Both the position numbers and the translations under genes were made by a program. A model generated the notes under the pieces. It did not search any database. It was not told the DNA's origin and saw only the letters and a list, made by a program, of their open reading frames with translations. A DNA stretch of 63,005 nt, the filler included, from Chiloscyllium plagiosum (Eukaryota), in the NCBI RefSeq assembly GCF_004010195.1. It is 4 parts of one record of this genome, joined end to end, with 100 filler letters (N's around TTAATTAATTAA, not from the genome) between each part and the next. Parts side by side here need not be neighbours in the genome. Positions count along the whole stretch, not along the records: positions 38,435 to 52,019 come from NC_057714.1; positions 52,120 to 63,005 come from NC_057714.1; 2 more parts are not named here. The stretch is one strand, 5' to 3'. The stretch's first letter is position 1. Each line of letters opens with the position of its first letter. This document shows positions 51,736 through 62,629 of this stretch, piece by piece.

Positions 51736-51921
51736 GCCAAACTAAGCAAAGGTTGAGTCGCCTTGCCTGTTTTGTCTTGGAATCTGAAATGGAGAATAAT
51801 TGGAATGAAGAATAACTGTTGTGATTCATGCACATACTCCTTAAATTCAAAGTTTGGGAGAAGATTTGTAGCTCGGATGCTCATTGTTGTGGTTCTGTTC
51901 ACCAAGCTGGGAATTTGTGTT

Positions 51922-51961
51922 GCAGACGTTTCGTCCCCTGTCTAGGTGACATCCTCAGTGC
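51922..51961 (-). ncRNA. Minimal type I hammerhead motif in a PLE family D 3' end (51865-52019)
   Basis: Minus strand reads gca CTGAGGA t GTCaCCT agac AGGgGAC GAAA CG TC tgc. Confidence 0.8.
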
Positions 51962-52129
51962 TTGGGAGCCTCCTGTGAAGCGCTTCTGTGATGTTTCCTC
52001 CGGCATTTGTAGTGGTTTGNNNNNNNNNNNNNNNNNNNNNNNNNNNNNNNNNNNNNNNNNNNNTTAATTAATTAANNNNNNNNNNNNNNNNNNNNNNNNN
52101 NNNNNNNNNNNNNNNNNNNGGAATGTCAT

Positions 52130-52505
52130 GGGTTGAGGGGTGATCTTATAGAGGTTTATAAAATCATGAGGGGCATGGATAGGATAAATAGACAAAGTCT
52201 TTTCCCTGGGGTGAGGAAGTCCAGAACTAGAGGGCATAGGTTTAGGGTGAGAGAGGAAAGATATAAAAGAGACCTAAGGGGCAACGTTTTTCACACAGTG
52301 GGTGGTACGTGTATGGAATGAGCTGCCAGAGGAAGTGGTGGAGGCTGGTACAATTGCAACATTTAAGAGGCAATTGGATGGGAAGGGTTTGGAGGGACAT
52401 GGGCTGGGTGCTGGCAGGTGGGACTAGATTGGGTTGAGATATCTGGTCATCATGGACAGGTTGGACTGAAGGGTCTGTTTCCGTGCTGTACATCTCTATG
52501 ACTCA
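52130..52505 (+). mobile_element. CR1 3' fragment
   Basis: RGDLIEVYKIMRGMDR and a ctatgact tail. Confidence 0.9.
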
Positions 52506-54155
52506 GCTCCATTGCTGTATGTCAACATTCACACGTAGGCCAGACCAGGTAAGGATGACAGATTTCCTTCCCTAAAGGGCATTAGTGAGCCAAATGTTTT
52601 TTTTTAAGATTTCCTACAGTGTGGAAACAGGCCTTTCAGCCCAACAAGTCCACACTGACTCTCCAAAGAGCAACCCACTCAGACCCAATCCTTTACATTT
52701 AACCCTGACTAATGCACCTAACACTACAGGCAATTTAGCATGGCCAATTCACCTGACCTGCACATCTTTGGACTGTGGGAGGAAACTGGAGCACCCAGAG
52801 GAAACGCAGACATGGGGAGAATGTGCAAACTCCACACAGATAGTCACCCGAGGTGGGAATCGAACCCGGGTCCCTGGTGCTGTGAGGCAACAGTGCTAAC
52901 CACTGAGCCACCATGCCACACCAACAATGGACTCCTAATTCCAGATTTTTAAGAGATGAATGCAAATTCCAGCACCTGCCCATGCCGAGATACAAACCCA
53001 GGTCCCCAGAGCATTACCTGGGTCTCTGGATTAACAGCTGAAAATGTGTTGCTGGAAAAGCGCAGCAGGTCAGGCAGCAACCAAGGAACAGGAGAATCGA
53101 CGTTTCGGGCATAAGCCCTTCTTCAGGAATGAGGACAGTGTGTCCAGCAGGCTAAGATAAAAGGTAGGGAGGAGGGACGGGNNNNNNNNNNNNNNNNNNN
53201 NNNNNNNNNNNNNNNNNNNNNNNNNNNNNNNNNNNNNNNNNNNNNNNNNNNNNNNNNNNNNNNNNNNNNNNNNNNNNNNNNNNNNNNNNNNNNNNNNNNN
53301 NNNNNNNNNNNNNNNNNNNNNNNNNNNNNNNNNNNNNNNNNNNNNNNNNNNNNNNNNNNNNNNNNNNNNNNNNNNNNNNNNNNNNNNNNNNNNNNNNNNN
53401 NNNNNNNNNNNNNNNNNNNNNNNNNNNNNNNNNNNNNNNNNNNNNNNNNNNNNNNNNNNNNNNNNNNNNNNNNNNNNNNNNNNNNNNNNNNNNNNNNNNN
53501 NNNNNNNNNNNNNNNNNNNNNNNNNNNNNNNNNNNNNNNNNNNNNNNNNNNNNNNNNNNNNNNNNNNNNNNNNNNNNNNNNNNNNNNNNNNNNNNNNNNN
53601 NNNNNNNNNNNNNNNNNNNNNNNNNNNNNNNNNNNNNNNNNNNNNNNNNNNNNNNNNNNNNNNNNNNNNNNNNNNNNNNNNNNNNNNNNNNNNNNNNNNN
53701 NNNNNNNNNNNNNNNNNNNNNNNNNNNNNNNNNNNNNNNNNNNNNNNNNNNNNNNNNNNNNNNNNNNNNNNNNNNNNNNNNNNNNNNNNNNNNNNNNNNN
53801 NNNNNNNNNNNNNNNNNNNNNNNNNNNNNNNNNNNNNNNNNNNNNNNNNNNNNNNNNNNNNNNNNNNNNNNNNNNNNNNNNNNNNNNNNNNNNNNNNNNN
53901 NNNNNNNNNNNNNNNNNNNNNNNNNNNNAGTCCCTCCTCCCTACCTTTTATCTTAGCCTGCTGGACACACTGTCCTCATTCCTGAAGAAGGACTTATGCC
54001 CGAAACGTCGATTCTCCTGTTCCTTGGTTGCTGCCTGACCTGCTGCGCTTTTCCAGCAACACATTTTCAGCTCTGATCTCCAGCATCTGGGGTCCCCTCA
54101 CTTTCTCCTCTCTGGATTAACAGTCCAGCGATAATACCACTTGGCCACTGTTCCT
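52505..54155 (-). mobile_element. SINE-B host containing an HE1 (52608-52918, minus) and a PLE fold-back (53038-54108)
   Basis: SINE-B pieces at 52505-52600, 52920-53037 and 54109-54155. Confidence 0.78.
53038..54108. mobile_element. PLE family A inverted-arm element around a gap, 15-bp TSD, HHR in both arms
   Basis: tctctggattaacag occurs at 53023-53037 and 54109-54123. HHRs at 53095-53130 (-) and 53978-54013 (+). Confidence 0.88.
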
Positions 54156-54374
54156 CATTCCCCTTGCTCCTTTGATTCCCTTACAACACATTTACGGAAC
54201 GGGAACATTTCATTGGCAGATGAGTTTCAATGAAGTTTACAAATGGGAAGTGCGGTACTTTGGTCAAAAGAAAATGAGTTTGCTTCTTGAAATTAAAAAC
54301 TAAGAAAAGAGTAGTGTGAGAAGAGAGTATAACCACGCCATAAGGCTAAAGTCAACCACACGCTAGAGGTAGGA

Positions 54375-54920
54375 GTTTCATGGTGAATGGTAAGGCATTG
54401 ATTTCAGGTACATGGTTCTCCGAGAATGGAGTCCCAGGTAGACAGGGCAGTGAAGAAGGCTTTTGGCACTCTGGCCGGCATCAGTCAGGGTATTGAGTAT
54501 AGAAGTTAGGAAGTTATATTGCAGTTATACAGGATGTTGGTGAGGCTGCACTTGGAGTATTGTGGTCAGTTTTTGGTCACCTTGCTACAGGAAGAATGTC
54601 ACTAAACTGACAAGAGTGCAGAAGAAATTTACAAGGATGTTGCTTGGACTCAAGGGTCTGAGTTCTAGGGAGAGGTTGGACAAGGTAGAACTTTTTTATT
54701 TAGAGCCTAGGAGACTGAGGGGTGACGTTATAGAAGTATATAAGATCATGAGAGGCATGGATAGGGTGAGTACACTCAGTCTTTTCCCCAGGGATGGGGA
54801 ATCAAGGACTAGAGGGCATCCAAGTGCAGGGGAATGGGGTTAGTGTGGATGGACAGTTTAGTCGGCACGGACCAGTCTGGGCCAAAGAGTCTGTCTCTGT
54901 GCTGTAGGACTCGATGACTA
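54375..54920 (+). mobile_element. CR1 3' fragment
   Basis: ORF 54562..54843. Confidence 0.85.
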
Positions 54921-54944
54921 GAGGTTTGGAATTTGTATCTGGTA

Positions 54945-55150
54945 TTTTTGCATGGATGTCAATATCACTGGCAAGATCAACATCTGTTGCACGTCCTTAA
55001 TTGCCCCTTGAACTGAGTATCCTGCTCAGGGCCATTTCAGAGCGCAGTTAGGACCCAGCCACATTGCTGTGGGTCTGGAGTCACGTGTAGGCTAGACCAG
55101 GTAAGGATAGCAGATTTCCTTCCCTAAAGGACATTAGTGAACCAGATGGG
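54945..55150 (-). mobile_element. SINE-B 3' part
   Basis: ccacattgctgtgggtctggagtcac...aggacattagtgaacc. Confidence 0.72.
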
Positions 55151-55151
55151 T

Positions 55152-56215
55152 TTAGAAAAGATTTACAAGGATGTTACCAGAGTTGGAGGGTTTGAGCTGT
55201 AGGGAGAGGCTGAATAAACTGGGGCTGTTTTCCCTGGAGCATCAGAGGCTGAGAGGAGACCTTATAGAGGTTTATAAAATCATAAATGGCATGGATTGGG
55301 TAAATAGACAAAGTCTTTTCCCCGGGGTGAGGGAGTCCAGAACTAAAGGGCATAGGTTTAGGGTGAGAGGGGATGGGTATAAAAGAGACCTAAACGGCAA
55401 CTTAGATTGGTACGTGTATGGAATGAGCTGCCAGAGGAAGTGGTGGCGGCTGGTACAATTGCAACATTTAAAAGGCATCTGGATGGGTATATGAGTAGGA
55501 AGGGTTTGGAGGGATATGGGCCCAAGTGCTGGCAGGTGGGACTAGATTGGGCTGGGATATATAGGCAAAGGTGAGGACTGCAGATGCTGGAAACCAGAGT
55601 TTAGATCAGAGTGATGCTGGAAAAGCACAGCAGGTCAGGCAGCATCCGAGGAGCAGAATAATCAAGGTTTTGGGCAAAAGCCCTTCATCAGGAATAGAGG
55701 CAGGAAGCCTCCAGGGTGGAGAGATAAATCCACCTAACCTACACTAGCCCACACTCCTCCATATGCCTATCCAATGCCCGCTTAAATGCCCATAATGAGG
55801 GAGAGTCCACCACTGCTACTGGCAGGGCATTCCATGAACTCACGACTTGCTGAGTAAAGAACCTACCCCTAACATCTGTCCTATACCTACCCCCCCTTAA
55901 TTTAAAGCTATGGCCCCTTCTGAGCTGGAAGGTTGGAACTGGGGTAAGGTGGAGGGAGGGGAGTTTAAACGAAATGTACGAGGCAGGCTTTTCACACAGA
56001 GGGTGGTGAGTGCTTGGAACATGCTGCCAGAGGAGGTGGAGGCAGCAGATACAATAGCAGCATTCAAGAAGCATCTGAAAGAATACATGAATAGAAAGGG
56101 AACAGAGGGATATGGATCCTGTAAGTAAAGACAGTTGTAGAATGGAAGGGCAAAATGTGTCAGCGCAGGCTTGGAGGGGCGAAGGGCCTGTTCCTGTGCT
56201 GTATTGTTCTTTGTT
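55152..56215. mobile_element. Cluster: CR1 (+, 55152-55560), PLE family A end (55562-55730), CR1 tail (-, 55735-55915), CR1 tail (+, 55930-56215)
   Basis: CR1 C-terminal peptides in the ORF track and a family A terminus. Confidence 0.8.
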
Positions 56216-56459
56216 CCTGCCTTTTCCCCCTGCACAGCGTTTCTTGAATGCCTCAGTTGAACCTGCCTCCACCACAGTTCCAGCCAGTGCGTTCCAGACA
56301 CTAATACTCTCAACGTGAACATATTTTTTTCTCTCCCATTGCACTTGCTTTGCTTGCACATCATTTTAACCTGGTCTCTGCAGCTCTTGGGTGAACTTGG
56401 GTGCCCAAGGTTTGTGTACAATGCACAGAAAACCTGCATAACACAACCTGCAAGCCCTT

Positions 56460-56780
56460 TGACTGAAAACAAATACCGGAGATCACAGCAGGTCAGGCAG
56501 CGTCCGTGGAGAGAGAGCAAGCTAATGTTTCGACTCCAGATGACTCTTTATCAGCGTTGACGCGAAGTGTGGAGGAGGCAGCATTTATGCCATAGTGGGG
56601 GTTGCTAAGTGCTGGGGGAGAAAGGATATTGATGGTTCAGATTAAGGAATGGGAATGTGAGAGGGGCAGAACAATGGTGTGTCTCACTGTCAGACTGGAA
56701 ACAACAGACCGTCCCACTGGGGTGGGGTGAGGGGAGAGAGGACATGGTGACAGAAAATGCAGCAAGGGAAGGTTAAAGAC
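56460..56780 (-). mobile_element. PLE-type terminus, related variant with degenerate HHR
   Basis: cagcaggtcaggcagc...gctaatgtttcgactccagatgactctttatcag. Confidence 0.6.
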
Positions 56781-56817
56781 CTTTGGATGCCTGATGACAG
56801 TGTCAGGCCTTATATGA

Positions 56818-57144
56818 GGGTGGCATGGTGGCTCAGTGGTTAGCACTGCTGCCTCACAGTGCCAGGGTCCCGGGTGCCATTCCTGCCTTGGGCGACAGTC
56901 TGTGTGGAGTTTGCACATTCTCCCTGTGTCTGCGTGGGTTTCCTCCGGGTGCTCTGGTTTCCTCCCACAGTCCAAAGATGTGCGGGTCAGGTGAATTGGC
57001 CATGCTAAATTGCCCATAGTGTGAGGTACGTTAGTAAGGAGTAGATGTAGGGGAATTGGTCTGGGTGGGTTGCTCTTCAGAGGGTCGGTATGGACTTGTT
57101 GGGCCAAAAGGCTTGTTTCCACACTGTAGGTAACCTAATCTAAT
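56818..57144 (+). mobile_element. HE1-like V-SINE
   Basis: Full head, core and tail. Confidence 0.9.
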
Positions 57145-57614
57145 CATAAGTGTATATCTCTCCTTTGTAAGTCCAGACCTAGATTGCTTCCTACAGTTTT
57201 TAATACGGGAGGGCTATTAAGAACAATATAGGAACACTGTCATTTGTAAAAAGCTGTCGACCCCATCCAATATTAACCTTAAAAGACTGCCAGTGAGTTA
57301 CTATTCAGTTTCCCTGACAGAACCACTTACCTCTAAGCTGGTTCCTGTAATTCATTTATCTCTCTCATACAAATAGACCGATCTGATGAAGAATAGTTCA
57401 GCGGTGCATAGATTTGGGTTGAGATATGTTTTATAGTCTGGAAAAAGGTTTTAATGTTTGTTTTGTTCACACTTCACCACCAAAAATAGTTTGAAAAGTT
57501 TATAAGGCATTCCTTTGTTGTGTGTGCAGATGCCATCAGTTATGATGTGTACTTTGCTGCTGCATTTTGTTGGCTGGAGCTCTCTGTTTAACCCGAGGAG
57601 GAAATTGTATATTT

Positions 57615-58500
57615 TACTGATTGATTGATTTGTTGTCATGTGTACATGGGTACAGTGAAAAGCTTTGTTTTAGAGCAATACATTGTAAGCAAGGATGGAC
57701 AGATCAGAGATTGTAAAAAGACTTAGACAGAGGCACACAGGTTGCACTGCACAGGGCGTGCGCTGGGTGAGATCAGTGTTCGCAAGGTCAGCATTATTTG
57801 AAGTTAGAGAGTCCACTCATCAGTTTAATAATGTCCGGGAAGAAGCTATTCCTGAATCTTTGGTGCCTGGGCTCAGGTTTCTCTATGCTCTGCCTGATGG
57901 AAGAGGCTGTAGGAGATCATTCCTGGGGTGGGAATGGGTCAGCGATGATGTAGGCAGCCTTTCCGCGGCAGTGAGCCGTGTAAGTGGAGTCCGTGGATGG
58001 GAGCTGAAAATGTGTTGCTGGAAAAGCGCAGCAGGTCAGGCAGCATCCAGGGAACAGGAGAATCGACGTTTCGGGCATAAGCCCTTCATCGCCCGAAACG
58101 TCGATTTTCCTGCTCCTCAGATGCTGCCTGACCTGCTGTGCTTTTCCAGCACCACTCTAATCTAGACACCGCCTTCTGTAGTTTCCTACGGTCCTGGGCA
58201 GAGCAGTTGCTATATCAGGCTGTTACATACAGGGGCAGTACGCCCTCAATGGGGCATCTGTAAAAGTTGGTGAGGTTCCTTGTGGGTATGCCAAATTCCC
58301 TGAGTGGCCTGAGGAAGGAGAGGGATTGTTGTGCCTGACTGACCGTCACATCTATGTGGGAAGACCAGGACAGGTTGTCGGATATCGTCACTCCGAGAAA
58401 CATGACGCTCTGCATCCTCTCAAGCTCCTCTCCGTTGCTGTGGATTGAGGCGTGTTCTCCTCCTTCCTTTCTGAAGACAATGATCAGTTCTTTACTTTTC
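57615..58500 (-). mobile_element. Rex1/Babar-type LINE fragment with a PLE family A fold-back at about 58001-58165
   Basis: FLGVTISDNLSWSSHI..AQQSLSFLRPLREFG..LTNFYRCPIE. Confidence 0.82.
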
Positions 58501-58544
58501 TGTGAGCACTGGCGTACGTTCCTTTTTATCCTGCAGTGAACCTA

Positions 58545-59428
58545 GAGACACCATAGTCATTCTAGACCATGGGGCAGCTCGCTCTCGTTGGAGAGAGATG
58601 AGTGACGGTGTTTAAACTGAGGGTCACCACACCTCAGGCAGTGGGAGGGTGTGCAGGTAAGAGATTGGGAAGATTAGGGGAGGTGGAGGGATGCACAAGT
58701 AATATTATAGAATTATGAAGCTATACAGCACAGAAACAGACCCGTCCACGCCAACCAGATATCCCAACCCAATCTAGTACCATTTGCCAGCACATGGCCC
58801 ATATCCCTCTAAATCCTTCCTATTCACATACCCATCCAGATGCCTTTTAAATGTTGCAATTGTACCAGCCTCCACCACTTCCCCTGGCAGCTCATTCCAT
58901 ACACGCACCACCCTCTATGTGAAAAAGTTGCCCCTCAGGTCCATTTTAAACCTTTCCCCTCTCACCTTAAACCCTGCCTCTAGTTTTGGACTCCCCAACC
59001 CTGGGGAAAGGACCTTGGCTGTTCACCCTATCCATGCCCCTCATGTTTTGGAGACCCAGGTTCAAATCCAGGCACTGCCGATGGTGGAATTTGAATTCAA
59101 TGAGAAACCTGGAATTAAGAATCGAATGATAACCGTTGTAAAATTCCCATCTGGTTCACTCAAGGCCTTGAGGGAAGGAAACTGTCATCCTTACCTGGTC
59201 TGACCTACATGTGACTCCCGACTCACAGCAATGTAGTTGACTCTTAACTGGCCTCTGGGCAATTAGGGATGGGCAAAAATAAATGCTGGCCAGTGATGCC
59301 CTCATCCTGTGAACGAATGAAAAAAAAATGGGAAGTAGAATCTTTCATGATAACCACAGTCAGTGTGGGAACTGAACTCACACATTACTGTCATACCAGC
59401 TGTCCAGCCAACTGAGCTAAACCAACCT
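58545..59428 (-). mobile_element. Third tRNA-SINE ('SINE-C'), split by CR1 (58720-59045, -) and SINE-B (59045-59330, +)
   Basis: Minus-strand head ggtttagctcagttggctggacagc at about 59400-59425. The body is also seen at 60530-60820. Confidence 0.55.
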
Positions 59429-59599
59429 TTTACACGTATGTCCTCAGCTAAGGGTCATGTTAGCTGACACTGAGGAATGAAAGCTGTGAATTAAATGTTA
59501 AAAAATAGTAAGCAGCTTGAAATGCAAAGGGAACTTGATAAAGAATATTGGAGAAAAGAAAGGAAAATTGTTAAACAATGTGAATTTTATCACTTTAAA

Positions 59600-60360
59600 G
59601 AATCTTAGCAGGCCTTATACACTTAATGGTAAGGTCCGAGGGAGTGTTGCTGAACAAAGATGCCTTGGAGTGCAGGTTCATAGCTCCTTGAAAGTGGAGT
59701 CGCAGATAGATAGGATAGTGTTTGGTACGCTTTCCTTTATTGGTCAGAGTATTGAGTACAGGAGTTGGGAGGTCATGTTGCAGCTGTACAGGACATTGGT
59801 TAGGCCACTTTGGAATATTGCGTGCAATTCTGGTCTCCTTCCTATCGGAAAGATGCTGTGAAACTTGAAAGGGTTCAGAAAAGATTTACAAGGATGTTGC
59901 CAGGGTTGGAGGGTTTGAGCTATAGGGAGAGGCTGAACAGGTTGGGGCTGTTTTCCTGGAGCATCGGAGGCTGAGGTGTGACCTTATAGAGGTTGACAAA
60001 ATTATGAGCGACATGGATAGGATAAATAGACAGAGTCTTTTCCCTGGGGTGGAAGAGTCCAGAACTAGAGGGCATAGGTTTAGGGTGAGAGGGGAAAGAT
60101 ATAAAAGAGACCTAAGGGGCAACGTTTTCATGCAGAGGGTGGTACGTGTATGGAATGAGCTGCCAGAGGATGTGGTGGAGGCTGGTACAATTGCAACATT
60201 TAAGAGGCATTTGGATAGGTAGATGAATAGGAAGCGTTTGGAGGGATATGGGCTGGGTGCTGGCAGGTGGGACTAGATCGGGTTGGGATATCTGGTCGGC
60301 ATGGACAGGTTGGACCGAAGGGTCTGTTTCTGTGCTGTACATCTCTGTGACTCTATGAGT
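59600..60360 (+). mobile_element. CR1 (HER1-like) 3' fragment
   Basis: ORFs 59517..59861 and 60004..60222, with a tgactctatga tail. Confidence 0.92.
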
Positions 60361-61309
60361 TCATTCTTTGAAAAAAAGGTGAACATGTCTCAATCAGCAT
60401 TTTCATCACTGTACCATTGAGGACAGCAAAAATTATTCTTCATTTGAAAAGTGTAAATTCTGATTTGTGAAAGGTTTCTCTTTTTTGCAGATGCTAACGT
60501 CAGACAGTCACATAAAAAGGGCAAGTTGATAAAGTCCCATTCGCCCTTTAGACAGAGACACTGGGGGTGGGTTAACCTGGGTTCACAATACCTCAGGCCA
60601 AAATCCTAGATAGATACATTTTTATTCATCAAAGGGTACAGGAAAAAGGCAGGTGTATGGAGTTAGGCCATCATCAGCCGTGATCTCATTGAGAGGCAGA
60701 ATAGGACTGAGGGGCTGAATGGCTGACTCCTGCTTTTATGAGGGGAAAGGTTGAGAAGGAGGCTGCTTCATGGTAACCTCAGTTAGTCCAGGAACTGAAC
60801 CGAGACTGTTGGCATCATAACAGTCGAAGGCTGAACGGCCTGTACTACGCTGGAATGTTCCGTGTTCTATATTCCATAAACCAGTCAATTGGGCTAACAG
60901 CACCAAAGTCACCTATTGGCTGTAACACCGGATCAGATGCCGAACATGGTCAGGGCAGCGTTATCACGAAAACCTGGTTACAGCCCTTCTTGAGAACTGA
61001 GTTCAATTTAGTTCTGGGCACTGCCCCTTCGGTAAGATACGTTGATCTTGGGAGAAGCTCAACTAACTGGCACTCAGGCTAAAAGGGTTAAATTTGACTT
61101 GATTTGTTTATTGTCACGTGGATCTTGTTACAAAAGACGGTTAAAAGTGTTGCATAGTGTCATCACTCTCCAGTGCCATCTTAAAACAAAGAAAAATAAA
61201 CCAAAACATAGAATTAAAGGCATAAAAATGAAGAAATATAGTGTTCAACTTTACAGTCCCTCTGTTTTTTGTAACTAAGATTTGTGCCTGGGCTGGTGTC
61301 ATATGTTGA

Positions 61310-61822
61310 CAGCTGAAAATGTGTGGCTGGAAAAGCGCAGCAGGTCAGGCAGCATCCAAGGAGCAGGAGAATCGACGTTTCGAGGAGAGTGTGCCAAGCA
61401 GGCTAAGATAAAAGGTAGGGAGGAGGGACTTGGGGGAGGGGCGTTGGAAAGGCTGGAGATGAGGCGCTCTTCCTCCAACCGTCGTGTTGCTATGATCTGG
61501 CGATGGAGGAGCCCAAGGACCTGTATGTCCTTGGTGGAGTGGGAGGGGGAGTTGAAGTGTTGAGCCACGGGGTGGTTGGGTTGGTTGGTCCGGGTGTCCT
61601 AGAGGTCAGAGAAACGTTTTGCATTTCCAACGCCCCTCCCCCAAGTCCCTCCTCCCTACCTTTTATCTTAGCCTGCTGGACACACTCTCCTCATTCCTGA
61701 AGAAGGGCTCATGCCCGAAACGTCGATTCTCCTGCTCCTTGGATGCTGCCTGACCTGCTGCGCTTTTCCAGCAACACATTTTCAGCTCTGATCTCCAGCA
61801 TCTGCAGTCCTCACTTTCTCCT
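61310..61822. mobile_element. Internally deleted PLE family A fold-back; intact HHR motif at 61693-61728 (+)
   Basis: GIY-YIG remnant AQHFNSPSHS..RRLEEERLI. attc CTGAAGA a GGGC tcat GCCC GAAA CG TC gatt. Confidence 0.88.
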
Positions 61823-61904
61823 AAAAGGTCATTTGTTGGCAACCTTGTACACTTTTCACTGGACTCCTGTTCTTTTGTAATTTGAGTACACGTCATAATA
61901 AACC

Positions 61905-62625
61905 CAACTCTAACTCGCATTCTAATTCTAATTCTAACTCTAATTCTAATTCTAATTCTAACTCTTATTCTAATTCCAACTCTGACTCTAACACTAACTC
62001 TAATTCTAACTCTAACTCAAACTCTAATGCTAACTCTAATTATAACTCTAACTCTAATTCTAAATCCAATTCTAACTCTAACTCTAATTCTAACTCTAAC
62101 TCTAATTCTAACTCTAATTAATTCTAACTCTAACTCTAATACCAACTCTAACTTTAATACTAGCTCTAATTCTAACTCTAATTCTAATTCTAACTCTGAT
62201 ACTAACTCTAATTCTATCTCTAATTCTAACTCTATCTCTAATTCTAACTAACTCTAATGCTAAGTCTAATTATGACTCTAATTCTAATTCTAACACTAAC
62301 TCTAATTCTAAATCTAACTCTCACTCTGATTCTAACACTAATTCTAATTCTGATTCTAATTCTAACTTTATCTCTAACTCTAATACTAACTCTAATGCTA
62401 AATCTAACTCTAACTCTAATACTAACTCTAATTCTAACACTAATTCTAATTCCAATAGAATTCTAATTCTAACTCTAATTCTAACTCTAATATTAACTAT
62501 TATTTGAAATTTAACTCGAATGCTAACTCTAATTCTAACACTAATTCTAACTCTAATTCTAATTCTAACTCCAATTCTAATTCCAATGCTAATTCTAATT
62601 CTGATTCTAATTCTAATACTAACTA
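61905..62625. repeat. Degenerate hexamer array (TCTAAY)n, about 720 bp
   Basis: Alternating tctaat and tctaac units. Confidence 0.95.
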
Positions 62626-62629
62626 TATT

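Noticed and set aside
1996..57144. tRNA genes
   Set aside because: The A and B boxes belong to SINE heads, and there is no full cloverleaf.
60475..60526. Micro-exon (tttctcttttttgcag ... gcaagt)
   Set aside because: It would need a GC donor, abuts a SINE remnant and has no other support.
2238..61822. Recurring short palindromic repeats as a CRISPR-like array or MITE
   Set aside because: They are dispersed with no spacers or cas genes, TSD lengths vary, and the sequence is contiguous with PLE 3' ends.
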